This document shows, in pieces, positions 18,123-28,569 of a stretch of DNA of 64,000 bases. Source of the DNA: Lachnospiraceae bacterium (GTDB lineage Bacteria; Bacillota; Clostridia; Lachnospirales; Lachnospiraceae); NCBI GenBank assembly GCA_045642345.1, contig JAZUIS010000036.1, positions 313 to 64,312 on the forward strand, given 5' to 3'. A program made the position numbers and the translations under genes. The notes below the pieces were generated by a model. It searched no databases and was not told where the DNA came from. It saw only the letters and a program-made list of their open reading frames with translations. Within the stretch, counting starts at the first letter, position 1, and every line of letters begins with the position of its first letter.

Positions 18123-18824
18123 ATGTTTACATTTGACAGTATTGTTAGATACAGTGAAACCGATTATAGAGGAAAACTTAATATTTACGGGATACTTAAT
18201 TATTTTCAGGATTGTTCCACATTGCAGTCGGAAAGCCTGGGGGTAGGAGTTGAGGCATTACATGAAAAGAATCTTGTATGGGTATTATCGACCTGGCAGA
18301 TAGATGTTCTTAGGTACCCTAAATTGGGCGAAAAAATTGTCATCGGTACATTCCCCTATGAATACAAGGGATTTTTTGCAAAGAGAAATTTTATTATGAA
18401 GACAGCTGACGGTGAGGTTTTGGCAATGGCTGATACACTTTGGACATTGCTTAACTACAAGGAAAGTAAACCGGCCAGAATTACACCGGAGGTAGTACAG
18501 GGATTCGTACTTGAAGAAAAACTTGATATGGAATGTATTAAGGGAAGGATAGTAATCCCGGAAGATATCGAAACCAAGGAAAAACTCATAGTCAGTCAGG
18601 CGCATATAGATGCCAATATGCATGTTAATAACGGACAGTATGTCAAAATGGTTTTTGACAAGCTGCCTATTGAGGATTATAAAAGGCTGCGGGTTGAATA
18701 TCGTAATATGGCAAGACTGGATGAAGAGGTCAGTGTGTGTTATAAGCAGACTGATTACTCGGTCGTGGGTCTTATAAAGGACAGCGAAGGAAATTCCTGT
18801 GCGGTTATGGAGTTTAGCAGATGA
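18123..18824 (+). CDS. Acyl-[acyl-carrier-protein] thioesterase
   Basis: 233 aa with the double hot-dog layout and blocks typical of the acyl-ACP thioesterase family (YSETDYRGKL ... HVNN.QY). Confidence 0.75.
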   Translation: MFTFDSIVRYSETDYRGKLNIYGILNYFQDCSTLQSESLGVGVEALHEKNLVWVLSTWQIDVLRYPKLGEKIVIGTFPYEYKGFFAKRNFIMKTADGEVLAMADTLWTLLNYKESKPARITPEVVQGFVLEEKLDMECIKGRIVIPEDIETKEKLIVSQAHIDANMHVNNGQYVKMVFDKLPIEDYKRLRVEYRNMARLDEEVSVCYKQTDYSVVGLIKDSEGNSCAVMEFSR

Positions 18825-19453
18825 TTGAACTTGGAAAAAGACAGACATTAACAATTGTTAAAAAACTTGATTTTGGCGCATATCTTGCAGACACAACAGT
18901 GAGTGATAAGTCGGAAGAAAACCGTGTGCTTCTTCCTAAAAAGGACGTACCTTCGGATTTGGAAATTATGGATCCGATAGATGTATTCGTTTACAGGGAT
19001 TCCAAAGACAGACTTATTGCGACAACAAGGGACCCGCTTATTCATCTTGGAGAAAGCGCAACCCTTACGGTAAAGGAAGTAGGTAATATCGGAGCGTTTC
19101 TTGACTGGGGACTTGAAAAGGATTTGTTTTTGCCTTTTAAGGAACAAAAGGGTCGTCCGCAACCGGGTGAAGAGGTTACGGTATCCTTATATGTTGACAA
19201 ATCCGGAAGATTAAGTTCTACCATGTGGGTTTCAAAGGAGGAAAAGAAACAGAGCGATTATGAAAAGAATGCCGGAAAACTTCTAAGTATTCTAAAAAAG
19301 AACAAAGGATTTTTGGCCCTTACCGACAAATCATCGCCCGAGGAAATCAAGTTAATGACGGGGATGAGCAAGAACGAATTTAAGAAGGCCGTTGGTAACC
19401 TTTATAAACAAAGAATGATATCTTTGGAAGAAAACGGAATAAAGATGAAATAA
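18821..19453 (+). CDS. S1-like RNA-binding protein, CvfB/YitL family
   Basis: The pattern LDFGAYL ... GAFLDWGLEKDLFLP is typical of CvfB-type S1 repeats, and there is a C-terminal winged-helix-like tail. Confidence 0.75.
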   Translation: MIELGKRQTLTIVKKLDFGAYLADTTVSDKSEENRVLLPKKDVPSDLEIMDPIDVFVYRDSKDRLIATTRDPLIHLGESATLTVKEVGNIGAFLDWGLEKDLFLPFKEQKGRPQPGEEVTVSLYVDKSGRLSSTMWVSKEEKKQSDYEKNAGKLLSILKKNKGFLALTDKSSPEEIKLMTGMSKNEFKKAVGNLYKQRMISLEENGIKMK

Positions 19454-19461
19454 ATACAAAA

Positions 19462-19496
19462 AGAGCTGCTTTGTAATAATACAAAACAGCTCTTTT
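19462..19496. terminator. Bidirectional terminator between cvfB-like (+) and yjfB-like (-)
   Basis: Stem agagctg.tttgta / tacaaa.cagctct, flanked by aaaaa on the left and tttt on the right. Confidence 0.8.
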
Positions 19497-19515
19497 CGTA
19501 CGTACGTTGTACCAG

Positions 19516-19704
19516 CTATACCGACATATCGAAATTGCTTCCGACATAAGGGTTGACAGATAACTCCATAGAGCGATCCATCATACTTACAAGACTGGCA
19601 CCCTGCGTTTCTAAGTTGTCGAGAGACTTGCTTAGCATCGCAACGCCGTATTGGTTTTGAATATTAACCTGTGATAACTGGGTTGATAAACCGGCAATAT
19701 CCAT
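19516..19704 (-). CDS. yjfB: YjfB-family putative motility protein
   Basis: 62 aa. The pattern MDIAGLSTQLSQ..IQ.QYGVAMLSKSLD..E matches the YjfB family pattern as I remember it. Good SD (aaaggag). Confidence 0.7.
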   Translation of the reverse strand: MDIAGLSTQLSQVNIQNQYGVAMLSKSLDNLETQGASLVSMMDRSMELSVNPYVGSNFDMSV

Positions 19705-19907
19705 ACGATCACTCCTTTCGGTTTTCTGGTAGAACTATTTTATCACATTGGATATGGAAAATATACACAATAAATTCACAATATTGGGTAGTAATTATTG
19801 TGAAAATATATTAAAATGTGAAATGGCTTTTGTTTTATTTATATTAAAAAGTCGGAACTTTTTTAGTAAAACTGACGAAATCGTTTCTTTAAAGAGAGGG
19901 GCAGTAT

Positions 19908-20996
19908 ATGATTTCAAATCAAATTTTGCAGAATACGATTGATGGTCTTAAGACTATTTCGAGGGTCGATTTTTCTGTACTTGATTCAGAGGGTAAAGAA
20001 GTTGCTACTACAATTACAGAACCAATTTCATTTCGTAGTGAGGCAGCGGAGTTTGCCAAATCACCTGCAGATTCGCAGGAAATAAAGGGATGTCAGTACT
20101 TCAAGATTTTTGATGAAAATCTTGTGGAATATATCCTTGTTGCATTGGGAGCCGGGGATAATGTTCGTGTTGTGGGCAAGATGGCATCTTTCCAGATTCA
20201 GAACCTTATGGTTGCTTACAAAGAAAGATTCGATAAGGATAACTTTGTTAAGAACCTGTTACTTGATAATCTGCTGTTGATTGATATATACAGCAGAGCT
20301 AAAAAACTTCATATCGATTCCGATGTTCCGAGGGTTGTTATGACATTGGAATGCGAGAACACGAGGGAAGTTAACGCACTGGAATCTGTTAAGGCTTTAT
20401 TCGTTTCCAATAATAATGATTTCGTTACTGCTGTTGATGAAAAGGACGTTGTAATTATAAAAGATCTTTCTGAGGGTTCATCCAAGAAGGATATTGATAA
20501 ACTGGTTAAGTATATATTAAAAGGTCTTACAAAAGACGGACTTAAAGGAATACGAATTGCTTACGGAACTGTTGTTAAGGAATTAAAAGAAGTATCACGT
20601 TCTTACAAAGAAGCAAGAATGGCAATGGATGTCGGCAAGATTTTTTATGAAGAAAGAAAAGTTGCCGCATATGAAGAACTTGGTATAGGCAGACTGATTT
20701 ATCAGTTACCCCTTCCCCTTTGCAAGATGTTCATAAGAGAAATATTCGGGGACAATGTACCGGATAATCTTGATGAGGAAACTCTTACAACAATTAATAA
20801 GTTCTTTGAGTATTCCCTTAATGTATCAGAAACCTCAAGACAATTGTTTATTCACAGAAATACACTGGTATACAGACTGGATAAACTTCAAAAATCGACA
20901 GGTCTTGATATAAGGAAGTTTGATGATGCAATTACCTTCCATATATCTTTGATGGTTATTAAATATATGAAATATATGGAAAATTTTGATTATTAA
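19908..20996 (+). CDS. PucR/CdaR-family transcriptional regulator
   Basis: C-terminal HTH (NVSETSRQLFIHRNTLVYRLDKL) is typical of PucR C-terminal domains. Confidence 0.75.
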   Translation: MISNQILQNTIDGLKTISRVDFSVLDSEGKEVATTITEPISFRSEAAEFAKSPADSQEIKGCQYFKIFDENLVEYILVALGAGDNVRVVGKMASFQIQNLMVAYKERFDKDNFVKNLLLDNLLLIDIYSRAKKLHIDSDVPRVVMTLECENTREVNALESVKALFVSNNNDFVTAVDEKDVVIIKDLSEGSSKKDIDKLVKYILKGLTKDGLKGIRIAYGTVVKELKEVSRSYKEARMAMDVGKIFYEERKVAAYEELGIGRLIYQLPLPLCKMFIREIFGDNVPDNLDEETLTTINKFFEYSLNVSETSRQLFIHRNTLVYRLDKLQKSTGLDIRKFDDAITFHISLMVIKYMKYMENFDY

Positions 20997-21015
20997 CAGG
21001 TAAAGGAGAACGACG

Positions 21016-21765
21016 TTGGCTAAATTGTCTAAAGAAGCACGAAACAAAAAGAAGTTAAGACTGAATCCCAATGGCGATATTATCACCTTGGAAAATGTCA
21101 GTAAGTCATATGCGACCGGAGCTCCTGCACTTAATGGCATAGACTTAAGAGTTAAGAAAGGTGAATTCGTATTTATTATCGGCGACAGCGGTTCCGGTAA
21201 ATCTACTATGATAAAACTTCTTCTTAAAGAACTTACCGCAACGGACGGCAAGATTATGGTTATGGGAGAAGACTTAAACAGACTCCGCCATCGCAAGATT
21301 CCCAAGTACAGACGTAATCTCGGAATAGTATTCCAGGACTTTAGATTGCTTAAAGACAGAAACGTCTATGAGAACGTTGCGTTTGCACAGAGAATTATTC
21401 AAGTTCCCAATAAGGAAATCAAGCGAAATGTTCCGAGCATACTTGCAACAGTAGGACTTGCCGGTAAATACAAGGCGCGTCCCCGTCAGTTATCCGGCGG
21501 TGAGCAGCAAAGAGTAGCAATTGCAAGAGCACTTGTTAATCGTCCGGCCATTTTGCTTGCAGATGAGCCTACAGGTAATCTTGACCCGGATACAACATGG
21601 GAAATCATGAAATTACTTGAGCAGATTAATGAAAACGGTACGACCGTATTGATGGTAACTCATAACAGAGAAATAGTGGATACCATGAAGAAACGTGTTG
21701 TAACCATGAAAAAGGGCGTTATTGTCAGTGATGAAGAGAGAGGTGGTTACATAAATGAAGATTAG
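21016..21765 (+). CDS. ftsE: Cell division ATP-binding protein FtsE
   Basis: TTG start after aaaggag. Walker A GDSGSGKST, signature LSGGEQQR, Walker B ILLADEPTGNLD. Followed by ftsX. Confidence 0.9.
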   Translation: MAKLSKEARNKKKLRLNPNGDIITLENVSKSYATGAPALNGIDLRVKKGEFVFIIGDSGSGKSTMIKLLLKELTATDGKIMVMGEDLNRLRHRKIPKYRRNLGIVFQDFRLLKDRNVYENVAFAQRIIQVPNKEIKRNVPSILATVGLAGKYKARPRQLSGGEQQRVAIARALVNRPAILLADEPTGNLDPDTTWEIMKLLEQINENGTTVLMVTHNREIVDTMKKRVVTMKKGVIVSDEERGGYINED

Positions 21766-22651
21766 TACATTATTCTATACCATCAAACAGGGTTTCATTA
21801 ATATTTTCAGAAACAAGTGGTTCTCTCTTGCTTCCATTGCAACTATAGGCGCCTGCCTTTTCCTGTTTGGTTTGTTCTACTGTGTTATAGATAACTTTCA
21901 GAATATAGTGCACAACGTTGAGGAAGGCGTTTCTGTTACAGTATTCTTTGATGAAGGAATCACCCAGGAAAGAATCGATGAAATAGGTGCCCTTATTGAT
22001 AAGCGACCTGAAGTGGCAAAAAAGGTATTCATTTCGGCAGATGAGGCGTGGGAATCATTTAAGGTTGAATATTTAGGAGAATATTCGGACGGATTTACAG
22101 AAAATCCCCTTGCGGATTCTGCAAGTTATGAAATATATATGTCAGATGTTTCCATGCAACCTGCATTAGTATCTTATCTGGAGTCCGTTCAGGGCATTCG
22201 CACCGTAAACAGATCGGAAGTAACGGCGTCCACTTTAACAGGCGCAAATGCGCTTATAGCATATATTTCGGCAGGTATCATAATTATTCTGCTGGCAGTA
22301 TCCGTATTCCTGATAAGCAACACGGTTACAATCGGTATTTCGGTACGTAAGGAAGAAATATCAATCATGAAATATATTGGTGCAACCGACTTTTTCGTAA
22401 GATCGCCTTTTGTTATAGAGGGTATGATTATAGGAGCTGTCGGAGCGTTCATTCCGGATGTAATTATCTACTTTTTATATAATAAAGTGCTTGTTTACAT
22501 TCAGTCGGAATTTACATCATTAAATGAGATACTCGTATTCTTGTCAGTACAGGAAATTTTTAATACATTACTTCCGGTGTCTTTGATTATCGGCGTGGGT
22601 ATAGGTTTCTTTGGTAGTGCAATTACGGTAAGAAAACATCTTAGAGTATAA
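21755..22651 (+). CDS. ftsX: Cell division permease-like protein FtsX
   Basis: 4-TM layout with a large first extracellular loop. Overlaps ftsE by 11 nt. Confidence 0.88.
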   Translation: MKISTLFYTIKQGFINIFRNKWFSLASIATIGACLFLFGLFYCVIDNFQNIVHNVEEGVSVTVFFDEGITQERIDEIGALIDKRPEVAKKVFISADEAWESFKVEYLGEYSDGFTENPLADSASYEIYMSDVSMQPALVSYLESVQGIRTVNRSEVTASTLTGANALIAYISAGIIIILLAVSVFLISNTVTIGISVRKEEISIMKYIGATDFFVRSPFVIEGMIIGAVGAFIPDVIIYFLYNKVLVYIQSEFTSLNEILVFLSVQEIFNTLLPVSLIIGVGIGFFGSAITVRKHLRV

Positions 22652-22662
22652 TAGGGAGATTC

Positions 22663-23883
22663 ATGAAAAGATTTAAGCAACTTATTTGCGTTGTATTAAG
22701 TTTAATAATGATATCTTTGACCGCATTCGAATACGGTAACGTGACTTATGCCGATGAACTGACCAATGACAGTATCCGTAAAAAAGAAGAAGAGATTAAG
22801 CAGGCCCAGGCAGAGAAGAAGAAACTCCAAAGCAGCCTTACGGATGTCAAAAAATTAAAAGCGAGCCTTGAAAGTTCAAAAACAGATTTATCGAATTATG
22901 TTACTGAACTTGACGGACAGCTTAGTACTATTCAGTCAAAAATTACAGAACTGTCCAATGATATAGCGATTAAGGAGAACGAGATTGCAAATACCGAAAA
23001 AGAACTTGAGGAAGCAATTGAAGTTCAGACTGCACAGTACGAGGCAATGAAGTCGCGAATCAAGTTTATGTATGAACGTGGCGATTCCATGTACATGGAA
23101 CTTGTTTTTTCAGCCAAAACCTTCGGAGACATGCTTAATAAAGCTGAATATGTAGAGAGTTTGTCGGCGTATGACAGACGTATGCTTGATGAATATGTGG
23201 CCTACACCGAATATGTTACTTTGTGCAAAGAAGCTCTTGAAGAAGAAAAAGCACTTCTTGATGAAACAAAGAAGGCTCAGGAAGAGGAAGAGGCTGCTTT
23301 GAACGAACTTATTGAGGCGAAGGAAGCCGAAATATATAAATTAAGTTCGGACATTAAGAACAAAACTGCCGCAATAGCTGAATATGAGGCTCAAATTGCG
23401 GCTGAGAATGAAGAAATAGAAGCTCTTGAGGCAGCAGTTGCCGAAGAACGTAAGAGGCTGGCAGCTGAACAGGGACGCAGATATGACGGAGGAATGTTCA
23501 CATTCCCGTGCCCTAACATGAAGCGTATTTCAGATGATTTCGGTTACAGAATTCATCCTATTTTGGGAACGCAGCAGTTCCATAACGGTGTTGATTTGGC
23601 AGCTCCGGGAGGAAGCCCGATTCTTGCTGCCTATAACGGTCGTGTAGTTGCGGCTACTTATAGTTCGACCATGGGAAATTACATTATGATAGATCATGGT
23701 GACGGCTTATATACAATTTACATGCATGCGTCTGCCCTTTATGTTTCTAAAGGGCAGGAGGTTTCAAAAGGTCAGAAGATAGCGGCAGTTGGATCAACAG
23801 GTCGTTCTACCGGAAATCATTTGCATTTTAGTGTCAGGAAGAATGGTAATTATGTCAGTCCTTGGAACTATATAAGCAGATAG
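22663..23883 (+). CDS. Coiled-coil M23 peptidase (EnvC/PcsB-type murein hydrolase activator)
   Basis: Signal peptide, about 250 aa of coiled coil, and a C-terminal M23 domain (HNGVDLAA ... GNHLHF). Confidence 0.85.
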   Translation: MKRFKQLICVVLSLIMISLTAFEYGNVTYADELTNDSIRKKEEEIKQAQAEKKKLQSSLTDVKKLKASLESSKTDLSNYVTELDGQLSTIQSKITELSNDIAIKENEIANTEKELEEAIEVQTAQYEAMKSRIKFMYERGDSMYMELVFSAKTFGDMLNKAEYVESLSAYDRRMLDEYVAYTEYVTLCKEALEEEKALLDETKKAQEEEEAALNELIEAKEAEIYKLSSDIKNKTAAIAEYEAQIAAENEEIEALEAAVAEERKRLAAEQGRRYDGGMFTFPCPNMKRISDDFGYRIHPILGTQQFHNGVDLAAPGGSPILAAYNGRVVAATYSSTMGNYIMIDHGDGLYTIYMHASALYVSKGQEVSKGQKIAAVGSTGRSTGNHLHFSVRKNGNYVSPWNYISR

Positions 23884-23912
23884 ATTTTCGGTGAAAACCT
23901 TGGGAGATTAGA

Positions 23913-25142
23913 ATGGAAGAGGAAACATTTACAAAAGAATCCGTGGAAAATGCCAAAATACGCGGTATAGTTATGGGACTGTTTATTGGCGTAGCTCTTA
24001 TGGGAGTTATTGTCGGAGCAGGACTTGCAGTATCTCATTTTCGGAATAAGAACAATCTCATTGGTGAAAAAGAAAATAAAAAAATAAATGAGATGGTAAA
24101 AATCATCGATAAATCTTTTTACAAATATTCCGATGATGTGTCAACCGACAATATAACGGAAGGAATTTATAAAGGAATTGTTGAATCTCTTAACGATCCT
24201 TATGCAGAATACTATTCGGCGGAGGAACTCAAGGCCGAAATGGATGATTATGAAGGTATATCCTACGGAATCGGATGCTATGTATCTATTGATACGCAGA
24301 CAGATATGCCGATTATTTCCGGTGTTATGGAACAATCTCCTGCAGAAGAGGTGGGAATAGTTGAAGGCGACATCATATATGAAGTTGATGAGATATCTAC
24401 AATGGGTCTTAGTCTTTCCCAGGTTGTTGAATTGATTAAAGGCCCCGAAAACTCCATGGTTCATATTAAGATGTTCCGTGAAGATGATTTCGTGGAATTT
24501 GATGTTAAGCGGGGTAAATTACTTGAGACTACTTCGGTTGATGCAGGAACATTAATCGATGATGAAGAAATAGGATATATTCGAATCAAAGAGTTTGACG
24601 AAAATACAATAGATCAGTTTAACGAAGCTATGGTTGACTTGCGTGCCGAGAACATCAAAGGACTGATTCTTGATTTGCGATATAACCCCGGTGGAAATCT
24701 TAATGCCTGTGTGGAGGTTGCAAGACGCATTTTGCCGGAAGGAATAATCGTATATACCGAAAATGTCAAAGGTAAAAGAACTAATTATACCTGTGACGGC
24801 AAGAATAAGATTGATATGCCTCTTGTTGTTCTTATTAACGGTTATTCGGCAAGCGCATCGGAAATTTTGTCAGGGGCTATTCAGGATTACGGAATCGGAA
24901 CGCTGATTGGTACAACTACATTTGGAAAAGGTATTGTCCAGGGATTCTTTGATATGAAGGACGGCTCGGCGATAAAGCTTACTACAAGTGCCTATTATAC
25001 CCCTTCGGGTAAAAATATACAGGATATAGGAATTGAGCCCGACATTGAGCTCGAATATGATAAGGAACTTGCCGAAAAGTCAGGGGAAGACAATCAGATA
25101 ACCAAAGCGATAGAAGTATTAAGAGAGAAAATAGGTCAATAG
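23913..25142 (+). CDS. S41 family C-terminal processing peptidase
   Basis: N-terminal TM helix, a PDZ-like segment (SPAEEVGIVEGDII), and the catalytic region LDLRYNPGG ... SASASEI ... K. Confidence 0.85.
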   Translation: MEEETFTKESVENAKIRGIVMGLFIGVALMGVIVGAGLAVSHFRNKNNLIGEKENKKINEMVKIIDKSFYKYSDDVSTDNITEGIYKGIVESLNDPYAEYYSAEELKAEMDDYEGISYGIGCYVSIDTQTDMPIISGVMEQSPAEEVGIVEGDIIYEVDEISTMGLSLSQVVELIKGPENSMVHIKMFREDDFVEFDVKRGKLLETTSVDAGTLIDDEEIGYIRIKEFDENTIDQFNEAMVDLRAENIKGLILDLRYNPGGNLNACVEVARRILPEGIIVYTENVKGKRTNYTCDGKNKIDMPLVVLINGYSASASEILSGAIQDYGIGTLIGTTTFGKGIVQGFFDMKDGSAIKLTTSAYYTPSGKNIQDIGIEPDIELEYDKELAEKSGEDNQITKAIEVLREKIGQ

Positions 25143-25144
25143 GA

Positions 25145-26122
25145 ATGAAGAAAAGTACAATTGTTCAATTAGTAATTATAGGATTAATTCTGGTAATTAT
25201 CGGAATTGCCGCATACAGATTGATTAGATGGAATAACGGAGCTTACAACCATGAAGATACGGTAGAACAAATAGACCCTTCGGAATTCGATGTTGAAGTT
25301 CTTGATATGATTATTCCCATGGAGTCTTCAAGATTTGAAGGTCACGAAGATGATGGTGAATTAACGATTCTGTGTATCGGAAACAATCCTTTTACAGATG
25401 ATCGTTCTTCTAAGGGCCTTGCTAATCTGATAGGCGAAAAAACCAATGGTAAAGTTATTGATATTGCATTTCCCCATTCTTCAACCTGCTATCATAATGT
25501 ACCGATAAGCCCTTCGTACCCGTGGGATCACTATAATCTGCCGTCAATCGGTGTTACGCTTTTGTCCGGTGAATTTAAACCGATGGAATCGGCTTACAAT
25601 TACGTAGCGGAGGAAGAAAAGGAAATCTATAGAGAATCCATAGATGCCATAAAGAACCTTGATATGAACAAGGTGGATATTTTGGTTATTATGTATGACA
25701 GTACGGACTACAACCTTGGCATGCCCTGCGACAATGAAGAGGTACCGACAGATTTGGCTGCCTTTACAGGCGGACTTAGATATTTTCTTGACACGGTTAA
25801 TGAGAATTGGCCTTTCATAAGGACTTTTGTTATGACACCGACCTATGCAGAATATTTGGACGAAGACGGAAAGTTATACAGCGGTACCACCAAAGATATA
25901 GGAAACGGTTCTTTGCCTTACTATGTTCAGAAAGAAATCGATGCAACCATAGGCTGTGGCTGCTCTCTGATAGATAATTATTACGGAACAATCAATGAAG
26001 GAAATTACAAAGAATATATGGTCGATCATATGCACTATAATGATGCGGGAAGAGAACTTCTTGCAGACAGAATTGCTTATGTCATTAATAATAATATGAT
26101 TACGGTAAAGAGTCCTGACTAA
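25145..26122 (+). CDS. Membrane-anchored SGNH-like protein, apparently lacking the nucleophile Ser
   Basis: N-terminal TM helix. Block I reads ILCIGNNPFT where GDS is expected. Block V-like DHMHYNDAGRELLADRI is present. Confidence 0.5.
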   Translation: MKKSTIVQLVIIGLILVIIGIAAYRLIRWNNGAYNHEDTVEQIDPSEFDVEVLDMIIPMESSRFEGHEDDGELTILCIGNNPFTDDRSSKGLANLIGEKTNGKVIDIAFPHSSTCYHNVPISPSYPWDHYNLPSIGVTLLSGEFKPMESAYNYVAEEEKEIYRESIDAIKNLDMNKVDILVIMYDSTDYNLGMPCDNEEVPTDLAAFTGGLRYFLDTVNENWPFIRTFVMTPTYAEYLDEDGKLYSGTTKDIGNGSLPYYVQKEIDATIGCGCSLIDNYYGTINEGNYKEYMVDHMHYNDAGRELLADRIAYVINNNMITVKSPD

Positions 26123-26131
26123 GGAGGATTA

Positions 26132-28567
26132 ATGATTTATTTTAGGCTTGGTTTATTGGCATTGATTCCCATAACTGTTTCGGTAGTGCTCTATCTTTTT
26201 CAAAAGAAAACAGTTTTTGGAAAAACTTCATATTGGTTTCAACAGGCGATAATAGGAGTTATTTTTGGCGTGGTTGCTGTATGCGGCACTGAATTTGGTG
26301 TTGATATAGGAGGCGCCACTGCTAACGCCAGAGATGCTGCGCCTTTATGTGCAGGATTGATTTTCGGCGCGCCCTCGGGTATTATTTCCGGAATTATCGG
26401 AGGCGTTGAAAGATGGTTTGCAGCGGGATGGGGACGCGGCACCTATTCTCAGGTAGCCTGTTCTGTGTCTACTGTTTGTGCGGGATTATTGGCAGCAGGC
26501 CTTCGCAAACATTTATTTGATGATAAGTGCCCAACTTGGGGTATTGGACTTTCATTAGGCGTAATAATGGAAGTATTTCATATGATGCTTGTTTTCTTAA
26601 CACATATTGATGATGCATCCAAGGCCTTTGTAATCGTACGTAAATGTACCGGGCCTATGGTAATTGCCAATTCACTGGCCACCGGCATGGCTCTTTTGCT
26701 GGTCGGTCTTATATCCCAAAAGGCAGAAAAGAAAGATAATAAGATTAGAAACATTTCACAACAGGTGCAGGTTGCACTTTTAGTTACCGTTATGGTGGCT
26801 TTTTTGGTAACAACGTTATTCGTGGCAGCTTTACAGACGAATATGAATTATTCCAAAATGGAAGCCTTAATGGATTCTAATATAGAGGATGTCGAAAACG
26901 AAATTACGATTTCTTCCGACAAGAATATTTTGGACAAAGCTCACAGATGCGCAGACGAGATTAATATGAATGCAGATTGCGATATTATTTCGCTGGCTCA
27001 AGCTGTGGGGGTATCGGAAATAAATGTTGTAAATAAAGATGGTATAATAACGTCTTCCACAAATCCCGTATTTGTGGGATTTGACATGAAAAGCGGTGAA
27101 CAAGCCGAATATTTCATGGATATAATTAAGTTTAAATACAGTAGCCGTGTTCAGGATTACGGTCCTATTACATATTCCGATAACGGTGACACAATCTATA
27201 TGAAATATGCAGCGTATATTCTTGATAACGGAGGTTTCGTTCAGGTTGGATACGATGCAGACGAATTCCAAAATGATCTGGCATCTCATGTATCGGACTT
27301 AACATTGAACAGACGTGTTGATTTAACCGGATACTTAATCATTGCAGATGAGAAAGAACGAATCGTCAGTAATTCGCATGGCCATGAGGACCAGAGACTG
27401 AGTGATATAGGACTTAAAATGTCTTCCGATGAGTATGTCCCCGGCAAACTTTATAATTGCACAGTAACGGATGATGATATCTATAATGCGTACTGTAAGT
27501 ATGAATTCGTTGAAGGCTACTATGTTATAGCCGTTGTTCCGGAAGCGGAAGCGTTTGAATACAGAGATATTGAAGTATATACCAATTCATTTATGGAAGT
27601 TCTTGTATTTGGATTATTGTTCGGTATTATATATTTCCTTATCAAAAAGCTTGTAGTTGATAATATTCGCAGAATAAACAGCTCATTGAGTGAAATAATT
27701 GACGGTAATCTTGATGTTACCGTTGATGTGCGAAGCTCTGATGAATTTGCTTCACTGTCTAATGATATTAATTCCACAGTGGATACATTAAAAAGGTATA
27801 TTGCAGAGGCAGCAGCCAGAATAGATAAGGAGCTTGCCTATGCCAAGGATATTCAGATGTCGGCGCTTCCTACATTAAGTCCCGCAATAACGGCAATCCC
27901 TAATTTTGATGTTTATGCAACTATGAATACGGCTAAAGAAGTCGGCGGAGACTTTTATGATTTTTATACACTTCCGGATAATAAGCTTGCTTTTATGATA
28001 GCGGATGTTTCGGGAAAAGGAATTCCTGCGGCAATGTTTATGATGACAGCCAAGACGATGATTAAAAATATGGCTGAGAATAACCTTAGTGTCGAAGAAG
28101 TCATGACAAGAGCCAATGACCGTTTGTGCGAGAGTAATGAAGCGGGGATGTTCGTAACTGTATGGATGGGAATATTGGATTACAAGACAGGACATGTTAC
28201 TTATGCAAATGCAGGTCATAATCCACCGCTTGTTTATCATAAAGATACGGGAACCTTTGAATATTTAAGAACAAAGCCCGGACTTGTATTGGCAGGTATG
28301 GATGGCATTAAGTATAAACTTTGGGAGTTTGATATGGAGCCGGGTGACAGAATATATCTTTATACCGACGGCGTTACGGAAGCTACGAGCAACGATAATG
28401 AATTATACGGAGAAGAGAGACTTTATACATATATAAATGCACATAAGTCAGATGCACAGCAGGAGATATTGGCCGGTGTCCAGACTGATATTGACAAATT
28501 CATTAACGGTGCAGACCAGTTCGATGATATTACAATGGTAATGGTGGATTTTAATTCAAAAGAGTAA
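26132..28567 (+). CDS. Sensor PP2C phosphatase (5TMR-LYT-like N-terminus, extracytoplasmic domain, HAMP, SpoIIE-type PP2C)
   Basis: N-terminal Gly-rich 5-6 TM block resembles LytS-type sensors. Two further TM helices bracket an extracytoplasmic domain of about 270 aa. A HAMP-like linker follows, then a PP2C domain (GGDFYDF ... DVSGKG ... YTDGVTE ... DDIT). Confidence 0.8.
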   Translation: MIYFRLGLLALIPITVSVVLYLFQKKTVFGKTSYWFQQAIIGVIFGVVAVCGTEFGVDIGGATANARDAAPLCAGLIFGAPSGIISGIIGGVERWFAAGWGRGTYSQVACSVSTVCAGLLAAGLRKHLFDDKCPTWGIGLSLGVIMEVFHMMLVFLTHIDDASKAFVIVRKCTGPMVIANSLATGMALLLVGLISQKAEKKDNKIRNISQQVQVALLVTVMVAFLVTTLFVAALQTNMNYSKMEALMDSNIEDVENEITISSDKNILDKAHRCADEINMNADCDIISLAQAVGVSEINVVNKDGIITSSTNPVFVGFDMKSGEQAEYFMDIIKFKYSSRVQDYGPITYSDNGDTIYMKYAAYILDNGGFVQVGYDADEFQNDLASHVSDLTLNRRVDLTGYLIIADEKERIVSNSHGHEDQRLSDIGLKMSSDEYVPGKLYNCTVTDDDIYNAYCKYEFVEGYYVIAVVPEAEAFEYRDIEVYTNSFMEVLVFGLLFGIIYFLIKKLVVDNIRRINSSLSEIIDGNLDVTVDVRSSDEFASLSNDINSTVDTLKRYIAEAAARIDKELAYAKDIQMSALPTLSPAITAIPNFDVYATMNTAKEVGGDFYDFYTLPDNKLAFMIADVSGKGIPAAMFMMTAKTMIKNMAENNLSVEEVMTRANDRLCESNEAGMFVTVWMGILDYKTGHVTYANAGHNPPLVYHKDTGTFEYLRTKPGLVLAGMDGIKYKLWEFDMEPGDRIYLYTDGVTEATSNDNELYGEERLYTYINAHKSDAQQEILAGVQTDIDKFINGADQFDDITMVMVDFNSKE

Positions 28568-28569
28568 TT

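Noticed and set aside
18285-18854. 189-aa minus-strand ORF antisense to the acyl-ACP thioesterase gene
   Set aside because: It has no SD, its composition is skewed like a typical antisense frame of an AT-rich gene, and it is fully embedded in a well-supported + strand gene. The same reasoning applies to 5561-5956, 20835-21305, 26867-27289, 35549-36049 and 55877-56290.
19748-19942. 64-aa + strand ORF in the yjfB/PucR-like intergenic region
   Set aside because: It has a TTG start without an SD, runs into the well-supported ATG and SD (agagggg) of the PucR-family gene, and has an AT-rich low-complexity translation.
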